Below, in pieces: positions 1 through 8,924 of a DNA stretch of 33,827 bases. Origin of the DNA: a virus (taxonomy: Duplodnaviria; Heunggongvirae; Uroviricota; Caudoviricetes); the IMG/VR virus record IMGVR_UViG_2758568661_000004. One strand, given 5' to 3'. The translations under genes were made by a program, and so were the position numbers. The notes below the pieces were generated by a model. That model had not been told where the DNA came from. It made no database searches and was given only the letters and a program-made list of their open reading frames with translations. Each line of letters opens with the position of its first letter. Within the stretch, counting starts at the first letter, position 1.

Positions 1-249
1 TTACGGGAGGGTGGACAGGTGGGTGTTGAACCCATCGACTGTCGCCTGCTCCCCCGGGTGCAATGCGCCCAGGTACGCTTCCATCTGATCGATCATCTTC
101 AATGTCGACGCGGTGGAAGCAGAGTTGAGGGTATCGCTTGTTCCTGCGAGTTCGCTCACCGGCGCCGGTGGGGCGGCAGTAGTGAACACGGACACGACGG
201 ACGCCATGTCCGCCGCGGAGGGTGCGGGGAGCCGGGTGAACAGTTCCAT
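1..249 (-). CDS. Hypothetical protein (82 aa), probably leaderless
   Basis: Start re-assigned to ATG at 249 (MELFTRLP...), exactly 8 nt downstream of CCTGCGCATG; TAA at 1-3. Confidence 0.7.
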   Translation of the reverse strand: MELFTRLPAPSAADMASVVSVFTTAAPPAPVSELAGTSDTLNSASTASTLKMIDQMEAYLGALHPGEQATVDGFNTHLSTLP

Positions 250-257
250 AAGCTGTC

Positions 258-268
258 CATGCGCAGGA
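258..268 (-). promoter_or_regulatory. Class I motif TCCTGCGCATG
   Basis: Minus strand TCCTGCGCATG-GACAGCTT-ATG(249). Confidence 0.8.
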
Positions 269-274
269 ATGCGG

Positions 275-1804
275 TTATGACGCCGAAAGGTGATTGTCCA
301 GCCACGCCAGCGCGCCGGCTTCGTCGTCGAACTCACCGGCATCCTGAGCTTCCACAGCCGCTGTGATGATCGGCTTGAAGTCCGGTCCGGGCTTCATCCC
401 GCGAGCCATCAGATGCTGACCGCGGAGGATTGAGGTGCGCGGTTTGCCTCCGCCGTTCTCGTATTTGTCCAACCATTCAGCTGCCGGGGAGATTTTCGCA
501 CCGGCACCGCGACCGGCTTGGTCGGCGTCAACCACGGCAACCCATTCACGGAATGGAACATCCCCGAGGGCGCGGGCGAGCTTCCGGACGGAGTACGCGG
601 ACGGCTTCCCGCCTGAACCTGCGGTACGCATGTGGAGGGCGACGACTGTGCCGACCCATTCTGCAGTCTGGATTGGCGCGCCGATGGACAGCAGGAAGTC
701 ACGGGCGACAGGTCCGCCAGCTTCTGCATGACCATGGGAGGTGATGCGGCCGTCATCCGTGTGCTGAGTGTGGGTGTGCTTTCCGACGTCGTGGAGTAGC
801 GCCCCAAGGACAACACGTTCGCGGGCTTCGATGTCGAGTCCGTACCGGTCAGCGGAGGTGACAGCCTCATCGGCTGCCAACCCCAGGTGGGTGAACACGT
901 CACCTTCGGGGTGCCATGTCGGATCCTGTGCGACTCCGCGGGTGTTGTCCAACTCCGGGAACCAGGTGATCCAGCCGGTCTGCACGAGCACGTCGAGGCC
1001 TTTGGAGATGTTCTTACCCGCCCGGGCGAGCTTCCGGAACTCCTGCCATACCCGGTCCTTGGACAGGTCCGGGAACTCGGTGTGGATGGACGCGGCAAGC
1101 TCAGCTGTCTCCGGCGCCAACGTCATGTCGAAACGGGCGGCGAATTGCATAGCCCTGATTACCCGCAACGGGTCTTCGGAGAAAGCTTCGGTGGTGTGAC
1201 GGAGGATCTTCTGCTCGAGGTCGGCAATCCCGGCGTACGGGTCGACAAGCTCCCCTGCTGCCGGGTCGTATCCGATGGCGTTGACGGTGAAGTCGCGGCG
1301 ACCGAACGCTGCCACCTCATCCAAGGTCGGGTCCACAGTCACTTCAAAGCCGGTGTGCCCATCCCCTGTCTTCGAGTCGCGGCGCGGCAGGGACACGTCG
1401 AAGTCTTCCCCGTCGACGGCTAGTTTCAGCACCCCGAAGGACACACCGAACAGGTCGACGGAGGCAAGCTTGCCGAGCTCCTGGGCGAGTGAGTCGTACC
1501 CGTCGAGGCCGTGCACTTCGATGTCCACATCCTTCGGTTTGTGCTCCCCGGCGTTCAAAGCGTCGCGGACGGAACCGCCGACGATCAACGGGTTCCCGCC
1601 GGCGTCACGGCATGCTTGCAGGACACGTTCGGTTGCCGGTGACAGCGCCAGCAGCCCCGGTGCGGGGCAACGGTGCACGGCTGGACGTTCGCGTGTCTGG
1701 CCGCAGTTGGTGCAGGTCACATCGCCGAGGCTCAACGGTGCTCCTTGTTCGTACAGGTACTTCTTGTACTTACCGGTTTGATGGCGGGGAGGGTTCGATG
1801 TCAT
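275..1804 (-). CDS. cca: Class II tRNA nucleotidyltransferase (CCA-adding/poly(A) polymerase family) with HD domain
   Basis: VGGSVRD, DVDIE, loop PRRDSKTGDGHTGF, RRDFTVNA, EDPLRVIRAMQFAARF, HD region HPEGDVFTH...LLHDVGK; N-terminal CTNC...HRC. Confidence 0.9.
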   Translation of the reverse strand: MTSNPPRHQTGKYKKYLYEQGAPLSLGDVTCTNCGQTRERPAVHRCPAPGLLALSPATERVLQACRDAGGNPLIVGGSVRDALNAGEHKPKDVDIEVHGLDGYDSLAQELGKLASVDLFGVSFGVLKLAVDGEDFDVSLPRRDSKTGDGHTGFEVTVDPTLDEVAAFGRRDFTVNAIGYDPAAGELVDPYAGIADLEQKILRHTTEAFSEDPLRVIRAMQFAARFDMTLAPETAELAASIHTEFPDLSKDRVWQEFRKLARAGKNISKGLDVLVQTGWITWFPELDNTRGVAQDPTWHPEGDVFTHLGLAADEAVTSADRYGLDIEARERVVLGALLHDVGKHTHTQHTDDGRITSHGHAEAGGPVARDFLLSIGAPIQTAEWVGTVVALHMRTAGSGGKPSAYSVRKLARALGDVPFREWVAVVDADQAGRGAGAKISPAAEWLDKYENGGGKPRTSILRGQHLMARGMKPGPDFKPIITAAVEAQDAGEFDDEAGALAWLDNHLSAS

Positions 1805-1821
1805 GGAGTGTATGTGCGCGG

Positions 1822-2379
1822 CTAACCTGCGGCGGTCAGCTGCTCGGTCAGGGCGGTGTTCTGCTCGCGCAGCTCAGCGACGACATCCTCCAACTGCTTC
1901 TTGGCGGCGGACACGTTGGTGATGTGCGCTTGGGCTTGCGCGAGACGTTCACGCAGGTCAGCGTTCACCGCGCGTTGCTCATCCACCGCTATCCGCATGG
2001 TGGAGAGGGCTGGTGCGTCTGACCACGCCTCCTCACCGATGGAAGCGACCCGGGCAGCTGTCACGTCACCACTGACCGCGTCCTGCTGCCACCATCCCAG
2101 CTCGAGCATGATGTCCGCTGTGACAGCTTCACGTTTGGCGGTCAGCTGCGACCATTCGTCGTCGGAGAGGAAGCATTCCGGGTCGATGGAATGGCCGTAC
2201 TCGGCGTAGTCGCTGATGACAGCGTTGAGGGCTTCACTGGGGGTGTCGAACCTGGGGTCGCGGTCCCGGATGGTTGGGCTGAGGTCATCGGATGCGAACC
2301 CCATGACGGGTGAGAACTTGTTGTCGGCGGTGCGCCGCACCAGCCAGTAGTTGTCTGAGGACAGGGTGATGCCTTTCAT
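1822..2379 (-). CDS. Hypothetical protein with C-terminal coiled coil (~185 aa)
   Basis: Start trimmed to MKGITL (2379) to avoid overlap with the upstream gene; heptad-like tail LRERLAQAQAHITNVSAAKKQLEDVVAELRE. Confidence 0.65.
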   Translation of the reverse strand: MKGITLSSDNYWLVRRTADNKFSPVMGFASDDLSPTIRDRDPRFDTPSEALNAVISDYAEYGHSIDPECFLSDDEWSQLTAKREAVTADIMLELGWWQQDAVSGDVTAARVASIGEEAWSDAPALSTMRIAVDEQRAVNADLRERLAQAQAHITNVSAAKKQLEDVVAELREQNTALTEQLTAAG

Positions 2380-2423
2380 GTGGTCGAGCTGTTGGAAGAG
2401 TCCGGGAGTCCCGGCGGGTCGTC

Positions 2424-4235
2424 CTAGTTGAAGGATTTGTAGGCGGTGTACGGAACCGTCGTGGTGCTGGCGTCGAACACCAGGGTGGGGGTGTTCACGA
2501 CTGCTGTTGAGTTGGTTCCGGCCTGACCGTCCGTGTTCGCACCCCATGAGTAGAGGCGTCCCTTCCAGTCCACGCCGACGGCACCAGCTTCACCGACGTA
2601 CACATGGGCGAACTTCACCGTTGATGTGACGGTCTGCGGTGTGGATGCGTTCACGGAGGTACCGTTACCGAGCTGCCCTGACGTTCCCAGACCCCAGCAT
2701 TTGATTGCACGGTGGTTGTTGGTCATGCAGCTGAACCCGGTCGAGTACTGGAACTCAGCTTTCCCGTCGGAGGCGACCGTGGCGACGGTCGTGGCGTTGG
2801 TGCTGACGACGGTGCCGTTGCCGAGCTGCCCGGTGCTGTTCGCACCCCAGCACATCTGGCCGGCGTCGCTGTACATGCAGGCGGCGCCCCCGCGGACGGA
2901 GATTCCGGGGTTGGTGGTCATCGTGTACGCGGTGGTCTGCTGCTTGAGTGGGAACCCAGCCTTTCCCTGTGCGGTGCCGCCCTGCCCGACAACACTCGGG
3001 GTGCCGGACGGTCCTGCGCACCAGCCTTGGTTCGGTGTGGTTGTCAGGACGCACAGGTTGGTGGTGTCGAACGAACCAGCAGCAACGGTCAGGGTGCCGG
3101 ACATCAAGTTCGGTTGTGAGTATTTGAGACCAGTGCTCAGGGAACCCCAGCACCAGTACTGGTTGGCGGGGATCTGAGCGGGCACAGCGATGGTGACACC
3201 GCATGCAGCGTAGCTGGCTGCCGCTTTCGATCCGAAGACTTCCACGCTGGCGAATTTGGGGACGAACAGCGGGTCGGGTGCGATTCCTGCAGCCACAGCT
3301 GTCGGGGCGGTCTTGTCGATCTCGGTTGTGTCGCCGACCTGTCCTTTGTTGTTCAAGCCCCAGCAGTATGCGGTGCCGTCTGCTGCTACACCGCAGGTGG
3401 TGCCGCCGGACATGCTGAGGCTGCTGAACGCGTATCCGCCTGTGACGGCAGTCGGTTTGAGGATCGTGGTGGTTGCCGAGCCGACACCCAACTGCTGGGA
3501 GCCGTTCGGACCCCAGCACCATGCTGCACCGGTGTTGTCCAGCGCGCATGTGCCGCCCGCAGTGTTGTCGGTCTTGTCAACGACAACCTGGGTGAACGTG
3601 CGTCCCGCAGGCACATCTGACCGGTCCACTTTTGTTGGGACTGTCTTGCCGATGGCGGTGTTGTCGCCGAGCCCGTCTTTGCCCCAGCAGTAGATGTCGG
3701 CGCTGCTGTAGGAGATGGCGCAGCTGTGTGTCTCACCGATTGAGATGCCTTTTGACGTTTGGACGTTGAATCGTCGTTCAGTTGTCTTGGTTTCTGTCCT
3801 CCACATCGGTGCGCCGTCGGCGTTGTACCCGGTGATGTGCGTTCCAGTGGTCCCCACGTCGGCGCTGGACAGCTTCCGTGTGAACGTTTTGGTGTCTGCT
3901 TTGTAGGTGACGGTGATCGTGACGGTGCGCACTCCCGCTGCTTCCGGGGCGTTCACTGTGGTTGTGGTGTCGCCGTCGACAATCGGAGGGAGGGTGTCCG
4001 GTGGTGTGGTTCCTGCCGCAAGGGCGGCGTTCAGCTGGGATGTGTAGGCGGCGAACGCACCGTCGGCGGCTTGTGCTATCTGCTGGGATCGGTTGTTGGC
4101 GTCGTACCCGGACAGGGTGGTTGTGGATGCGGCCGCGAAGCCGATTGCCATGACCCCGGCCATGACGACGAAGGCGGCTGACGCCATCGTCGACCCTTTC
4201 TGGTCGCGTCGAAGGCGACGGAACAGGTTGCGCAT
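2424..4235 (-). CDS. Pilin-like N-terminus fused to RCC1/BLIP-II-type beta-propeller (putative tip adhesin)
   Basis: Basic leader RRLRRDQKG|STMAS followed by a hydrophobic helix; repeated CWGxNxxGQLGxG motifs; RBS AGGAG overlapping the upstream stop. Confidence 0.85.
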   Translation of the reverse strand: MRNLFRRLRRDQKGSTMASAAFVVMAGVMAIGFAAASTTTLSGYDANNRSQQIAQAADGAFAAYTSQLNAALAAGTTPPDTLPPIVDGDTTTTVNAPEAAGVRTVTITVTYKADTKTFTRKLSSADVGTTGTHITGYNADGAPMWRTETKTTERRFNVQTSKGISIGETHSCAISYSSADIYCWGKDGLGDNTAIGKTVPTKVDRSDVPAGRTFTQVVVDKTDNTAGGTCALDNTGAAWCWGPNGSQQLGVGSATTTILKPTAVTGGYAFSSLSMSGGTTCGVAADGTAYCWGLNNKGQVGDTTEIDKTAPTAVAAGIAPDPLFVPKFASVEVFGSKAAASYAACGVTIAVPAQIPANQYWCWGSLSTGLKYSQPNLMSGTLTVAAGSFDTTNLCVLTTTPNQGWCAGPSGTPSVVGQGGTAQGKAGFPLKQQTTAYTMTTNPGISVRGGAACMYSDAGQMCWGANSTGQLGNGTVVSTNATTVATVASDGKAEFQYSTGFSCMTNNHRAIKCWGLGTSGQLGNGTSVNASTPQTVTSTVKFAHVYVGEAGAVGVDWKGRLYSWGANTDGQAGTNSTAVVNTPTLVFDASTTTVPYTAYKSFN

Positions 4236-4248
4236 GTGTGGGTGTCTC

Positions 4249-4950
4249 CTAGTTCGGGTTGAACGCTGTTGAGCCGGACGGGGTGCCGTCCAGGACGTTC
4301 ATCCGGGATGCTGTCTGGGTGAATGAGGCGGAGCCTGTCGGTGCGGGAAGGCTGGCGCCGGTGGTTGTTGTGAGGGTGGCCTGCTTGATGGCTGTGCTGC
4401 CCCATTTGAGGTCGGTCACCCCGGCTGGTTGAGCGCCGGGAGTGGTCAATGTGAGGGTCGAGCCGCTACGGGTGAATGGGCGGCCGGCGATATTCGCGTA
4501 GGTGAACGTTTCCGCGTTCGCCACATCGGAGAGGACTTTCTCCTTGGCGGTTCCTGTTGTGGGGCCAGCGCATCCTGATGTGTTCGCGCCACCGGTGGCG
4601 TGCATCACTGTTGTGATGTACAGGCTCAACCGGGTGCTGTCCGCACTGACTTCCCAGATGTTCTGGACGCATTCGGGGCCGTTGACGATTGTGAAGGTGA
4701 CCTTCTTGTCGGCCGGGGTGATGATGGTTGCTTTGCTGACGTCGGAACGCCATCGGGACTCGGTGAAGGAGATTTCGGAGCGGGTGTTCGCTGCGGCGTC
4801 CACGCCGAGTTTCGCGTAGTTGAATGCGACCAAGGCTGCTGCGATGGTCGCCATGCAGAATGCGGAGATGAGGACGCCGACCAGGGTTTCCGGTAGGGAG
4901 AACCCGCGCTGGTCTGTGTGCAGCTTCCTGCGAAGTCGGGTGATCATCAT
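4249..4950 (-). CDS. Type IV prepilin-like protein (minor pilin)
   Basis: MMITRLRRKLHTDQRG|FSLPETLVGVLISAF: canonical G|FxxxE class III signal peptide; start overlaps the upstream stop (ATGA). The 395-aa ORF-track start is too far upstream. Confidence 0.85.
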   Translation of the reverse strand: MMITRLRRKLHTDQRGFSLPETLVGVLISAFCMATIAAALVAFNYAKLGVDAAANTRSEISFTESRWRSDVSKATIITPADKKVTFTIVNGPECVQNIWEVSADSTRLSLYITTVMHATGGANTSGCAGPTTGTAKEKVLSDVANAETFTYANIAGRPFTRSGSTLTLTTPGAQPAGVTDLKWGSTAIKQATLTTTTGASLPAPTGSASFTQTASRMNVLDGTPSGSTAFNPN

Positions 4951-5714
4951 GCCGCCTTGTAAATGTAGAACCGGGCGAGGTTGACGGTGCTTCCGACAAC
5001 ATGGACGGTGATGGCGGTGCCGGCTGGTGCGAACACGGAGCCGTAGGTGTATGTGTTGGTGGTCTCGTCGAACAGGATCGACTCGAGCACGGTTGCTCCG
5101 TTGCGGAACTCGATGGCTCCGACTCCGGCTGCTCCACTCACCTTCACCACGTACCGGACTTCCCCGGAACCAGTCGGGACAGTGAACGGTGTCGCACTGA
5201 TTTGTGACACCGGGACAGGTCCGCTTCCGGCTGCAGTCCCGATACCAGCGATCGACCATGTTCCGCCCACCGCTGTGGTCACGATTCCGGGGTCTGAGGT
5301 GGCGACGGTCACGCTGGCGGTGACGCAGGACTTCAGCCGGATGGCGGCGTCCTGGCAGTTCTTGTCGACGTTCTTCGGGATGGAGACGTTCACCTGCGTC
5401 GTGCCGGCGCTTGTTCCAGTTCCCACAACCAGCCACCGGGTGACGTTCACGCCTTGGTCGTTGGCTGTGATGGTCGTCGGCGCTGTCTGCGGCGTGGCGG
5501 TGATCTTTGTCGCGTCGTTCGGGTTCTCAGCGAGGTCGTTCGCGAGGTTCCTCGCGAACGTGTACCGGTCGGATTGGATAGTGGTGGACCGGACGATGTT
5601 CCCGGTGGTGGTGGAGACGCCGACAAGAGCGGTGACGGTGAGTGCGGTGATCACGATGCCGAGCATCGCGTCGATGAGCATTGAGCCGCGCTGGTTGGTG
5701 CGGAATTTCCTCAT
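4947..5714 (-). CDS. Type IV prepilin-like protein (minor pilin, D at +5)
   Basis: MRKFRTNQRG|SMLIDAMLGIVITALTV; RBS GGAAGGAG before the ATG at 5714. Confidence 0.8.
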   Translation of the reverse strand: MRKFRTNQRGSMLIDAMLGIVITALTVTALVGVSTTTGNIVRSTTIQSDRYTFARNLANDLAENPNDATKITATPQTAPTTITANDQGVNVTRWLVVGTGTSAGTTQVNVSIPKNVDKNCQDAAIRLKSCVTASVTVATSDPGIVTTAVGGTWSIAGIGTAAGSGPVPVSQISATPFTVPTGSGEVRYVVKVSGAAGVGAIEFRNGATVLESILFDETTNTYTYGSVFAPAGTAITVHVVGSTVNLARFYIYKAA

Positions 5715-5838
5715 ACCATCTCCTTCCTGTGGCTGATGTTCGGGGTGCAGGTTCCGGCGGTGAGCCGTGTTGTATCGACAGGTCACTATCGGCTGTTTTT
5801 GAGCAGCCGTCACCTGTCGGGTGGATGAGTTTGCGTGG

Positions 5839-5886
5839 ACAAGAGCGCAGCAGAGGCCAACCTTCAGGCCCCTGCTGCGCTCTTGT
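5839..5886 (-). terminator. Long inverted repeat, probable terminator
   Basis: ACAAGAGCGCAGCAG...CTGCTGCGCTCTTGT immediately after the stop of 5893..7431. Confidence 0.7.
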
Positions 5887-5892
5887 TTATGG

Positions 5893-7431
5893 CTACTTGG
5901 CGGCTCGTGCTGCGAGCTCGTCGAGGATCCGGCCGGCGAGTTCACGAAGCTGCGCGGGTGTCATCTCGGCGAGGTCGCCGTCCACCGCAACCGGGTCGGA
6001 GCCGTTGCCTTCTGCGGGCTTGGCACCGGTTCGGGTGACCTCGTCGCCGTTCTTGTCGTAGAGGATGGCGTCGCCGTCCTGGTCGATGACAGCGCGGTAC
6101 ACGACGTTCTGGGTCTGGCCGATTGACGCGACCCAGCTGCCGTCGTCACCGGGGACGATCTCGAAGATCTCCAACCCGGAAGCCCAGTCAGGCATCCACG
6201 AGTACTGCGATTCGATCTCCTGTGCGATGGAGGAGTTCGCGGAGCGGGTGTGCCCCTTGCCGTACTTGTAGACGTTGAGGGTGTTCAGCTTCCCGAACTC
6301 AGCCGTGGTCGCGTCGATGTTGGCGAGGGCGACGACCGAGGTGGAGGAGCCGCGAGGGGACAGCGGGGTGGCGTAGCCAGCGTCAGTGTCTCCGGTGTAG
6401 CGGAGGGTGAACTCGGAGCCGTTGTAGACGCCGGTGTCGTTGGCGTTCTCGAACCCGTTGCGGTTCTGCACGTGGTCCTCCCATGTGCCGACCTTGCCGT
6501 CCTTGGTGAGAGCGTCGAGTGCTTCACGCTGGAGCGCAGCGAGTGACTGCGGGTAGACGGGGCCGGGGATGTCGGAGGTGTCACGCTCGACGGTGACCTC
6601 ACCGGTCTTGCCGTTGTAGATGGCAGCTCCGTAGGCGGTCCACGTGGTGATCCAGAAGCCCTCATGAGCCTTCAACGGGATGACGATCTTGGGGGTGTCA
6701 CCGTCGCAGTAGCCGTACACGTCGTTGCTGTCCGAGGTGACGTTCGCGGGGGTCTTGGCGTCGATGAGCAGGTTGAGGTTCTCGTGGGGCAGCCATCCAC
6801 CCAGACGCTGCTCGGCGGTGTTCACATCGAAGTTGCAGTTCTCCACATTGGAGGCGTCAGCGGCACCGAACGTGGGGATGTCGATGACCTGAACGGACTC
6901 GTAGCCGACCATCCAGCCGTTGCGCTCGACGAGGGTGGTCCACAGGCCGGACTCGCCCTGGTCGATGACGACCTTGGAGTTCAGGCCGGTTCCGGTGGTG
7001 TCACCCATCAGCTTGTGGGATGAGGAGGCCGCCACGTCGTAGGGGGCGCGAGGCTCGTAGTCTGGCACCGGGTCGTTGACGACCTTGACCGAGGAAACGT
7101 ACTGAGCGTGGGTGTCAAAAGTTGACCTCACAGCCGTGACCACGGACAGCACCAGAAGCAGAAGCGCTCCGAGCACAGCGATAGTGCCGAGAGCGGCACC
7201 GGGTCCACTGTCCGACGAGAACGCGAACGCTGCAACGAGGATCAGGGCGATGATCGCTCCGGTGAAGATGAGCGTCGGGCCACTGGAGATGAAGATCTCT
7301 GCCCACATGTGGGCGAGGTTCGGACCCCACACCAGCCATGGCCACCCGAAGAATGCGACGGCGAGGATGGCGCCGATGACCCAGCCGGAGGCTGAGCCGC
7401 TGGAACGCGTGTTGTATGAGTTGTACGACAT
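5893..7431 (-). CDS. Membrane-anchored extracytoplasmic protein of unknown function
   Basis: Three N-terminal hydrophobic segments, then a large polar domain with a Cys pair; RBS AAGGGAG; class I motif upstream. Confidence 0.8.
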   Translation of the reverse strand: MSYNSYNTRSSGSASGWVIGAILAVAFFGWPWLVWGPNLAHMWAEIFISSGPTLIFTGAIIALILVAAFAFSSDSGPGAALGTIAVLGALLLLVLSVVTAVRSTFDTHAQYVSSVKVVNDPVPDYEPRAPYDVAASSSHKLMGDTTGTGLNSKVVIDQGESGLWTTLVERNGWMVGYESVQVIDIPTFGAADASNVENCNFDVNTAEQRLGGWLPHENLNLLIDAKTPANVTSDSNDVYGYCDGDTPKIVIPLKAHEGFWITTWTAYGAAIYNGKTGEVTVERDTSDIPGPVYPQSLAALQREALDALTKDGKVGTWEDHVQNRNGFENANDTGVYNGSEFTLRYTGDTDAGYATPLSPRGSSTSVVALANIDATTAEFGKLNTLNVYKYGKGHTRSANSSIAQEIESQYSWMPDWASGLEIFEIVPGDDGSWVASIGQTQNVVYRAVIDQDGDAILYDKNGDEVTRTGAKPAEGNGSDPVAVDGDLAEMTPAQLRELAGRILDELAARAAK

Positions 7432-7477
7432 GTAAGTGGGTTTCTCCCTTTCCGGAGGTTGTTCCTTCTGGGATGTA

Positions 7478-7488
7478 CATGCGCAGGA
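7478..7488 (-). promoter_or_regulatory. Class I motif TCCTGCGCATG
   Basis: TCCTGCGCATG-TACATCCC-A..., then a leader with an RBS to the ATG at 7431. Confidence 0.75.
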
Positions 7489-7495
7489 CGCAGAA

Positions 7496-7521
7496 ACGGC
7501 CGAGGGATGAGCCTCGGCCGT
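7496..7521 (-). terminator. Intrinsic terminator-like hairpin
   Basis: ACGGCCGAGG-6 nt-CCTCGGCCGT followed by TTCT on the minus strand, after gene 7543..8163. Confidence 0.7.
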
Positions 7522-7542
7522 GCACTGCTGGTCGTGAAGGGG

Positions 7543-8163
7543 TCAGTCGAGACCGGCGACGGTGATCGCCACACGGGAACGGACGTTGTCTGTCAACGCC
7601 TTGGCGAGCTCGTCGTCATCTGCGCAGGTGACGTGGATGATCACACCGGTGTCGGACTGCGGGTTCGCGCGCACCGAGGTGAAGGACACGTCATTGTGGA
7701 CGTTGATGGTCTCTGCGATGCGGCCGGAGCTTTGGCTCTTGAACGCGACCCAGTTCTCCTCCGTGACGTCATTCGGGGCGGATCCCGGCCAGGTGGAATC
7801 CATCAGCTTCTTGGATGCTTCCAGGTCGTTTCCGGCGTCGGCGGCACGGCCGGACAGATGGACAGTCCACAGGTCTGCGGAGCACCACCCGTCAACGGAC
7901 TTGAAGTGGGCGCTTTCCAGAACTGAGACGTCCTGCTCTCCGGCGGGGGTCTCCTTCCAGAGGTCGTCACTGCCCAGGGTGGTGGCGAAGGACAGCTCGT
8001 TGACGCTGGACAGGGCTAGACCGCTGGAGAATGTGAGGTCGTTCACATCCTCCGGGTTGCTCGGCATGGCGTAGGACAGGGTGGCGGGAACCAGCACTGC
8101 GAGGCTGGCGGTGACAGCGGCGGTGAACCAGATGCCACGTTTGGTGTTCTTGCGGAGGGTCAT
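7543..8163 (-). CDS. Secreted hypothetical protein
   Basis: Signal peptide MTLRKNTKRGIWFTAAVTASLAVLVPATLSYA; RBS TAAGGA. Confidence 0.75.
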   Translation of the reverse strand: MTLRKNTKRGIWFTAAVTASLAVLVPATLSYAMPSNPEDVNDLTFSSGLALSSVNELSFATTLGSDDLWKETPAGEQDVSVLESAHFKSVDGWCSADLWTVHLSGRAADAGNDLEASKKLMDSTWPGSAPNDVTEENWVAFKSQSSGRIAETINVHNDVSFTSVRANPQSDTGVIIHVTCADDDELAKALTDNVRSRVAITVAGLD

Positions 8164-8228
8164 GAGGAGCGGGGATTCCTTATGGGTGCGGGGTGTTGAC
8201 GTCCGGGATGCCGGCGTCTACTGGAAGG

Positions 8229-8238
8229 CATGCGGCGA
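8229..8238 (-). promoter_or_regulatory. Class II motif TCGCCGCATG
   Basis: TCGCCGCATG-CCTTCCAG upstream of 7543..8163. Confidence 0.6.
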
Positions 8239-8247
8239 AACTGCGCC

Positions 8248-8835
8248 TCAGCGTGTTTCCATTTCCAGACGGGACAGGAGGACTGTCATGAAGACGTCAG
8301 CGTCAGCTCCCGGTTTGCAGTTCAGGTCGGCGAACACAGCGACGGACGGGACGGTGAAGATTCGGGCGGCGGTGGACCATTTCGACCCGTCGGTGTCGGA
8401 ACCGGACACCTGCCGGAACTGCGCGTCGGGTGCTACAGCGACGTCTTTAGCGATCGCGGACACTTTGTCCTGGGATGCCCCGAACAGGTGGGCGAGGTAC
8501 CGGTCGCTGGCTCCTCGGTCGTCACCGTCCAACGTCACATCGTCTGGGACAGCCCCGGTGTGGACGGTGGCGTCACACAGCCCGTCTGGGGTGCGGTATT
8601 CCCTCTGGCCGACTGTCGCGTCAGCGAGCGTCCACCCGTCCTCGTCTGACAGGGTGTCTGTCAACGTTGGTGAGGCTTTAGCTGGTATGTCCGCTGCCTT
8701 CTCGAACGACAGGTCAACCGGCTGCTCCGCTGGTGCGGTTTTCACCACCTGGCCGGGAAGCTGGAATGACACGCAACCGGTCAAGCTGATGGCGACGACA
8801 GTGGCAGCCACAATGGCGACGGTGATGCGGGTCAA
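8248..8835 (-). CDS. Putative lipoprotein
   Basis: TTG start with RBS GGAAGG; lipobox ISLTG|C. Confidence 0.75.
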   Translation of the reverse strand: MTRITVAIVAATVVAISLTGCVSFQLPGQVVKTAPAEQPVDLSFEKAADIPAKASPTLTDTLSDEDGWTLADATVGQREYRTPDGLCDATVHTGAVPDDVTLDGDDRGASDRYLAHLFGASQDKVSAIAKDVAVAPDAQFRQVSGSDTDGSKWSTAARIFTVPSVAVFADLNCKPGADADVFMTVLLSRLEMETR

Positions 8836-8887
8836 GAACTCAGCCTTCCGACGGTCATCCCGAACCTCTCCGGGGTCATCAGGAAGT

Positions 8888-8916
8888 CATGCGGCAACAC
8901 CGGTGACCTGCGCATG
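8888..8916. promoter_or_regulatory. Back-to-back divergent motif pair: class II (-, 8888-8898) and class I (+, 8907-8916)
   Basis: catgcggcaac-accggtga-cctgcgcatg; each arm is followed by 8 nt and then ATG (8879 on -, 8925 on +). Confidence 0.75.
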
Positions 8917-8924
8917 TGTTTTGC

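Noticed and set aside
2424-4235. Recurring ccccagca-like DNA repeats suggesting a DGR or shufflon target
   Set aside because: They are the codons of the repeated CWG motifs of RCC1. I saw no long template/variable repeat pair, reverse transcriptase or recombinase.
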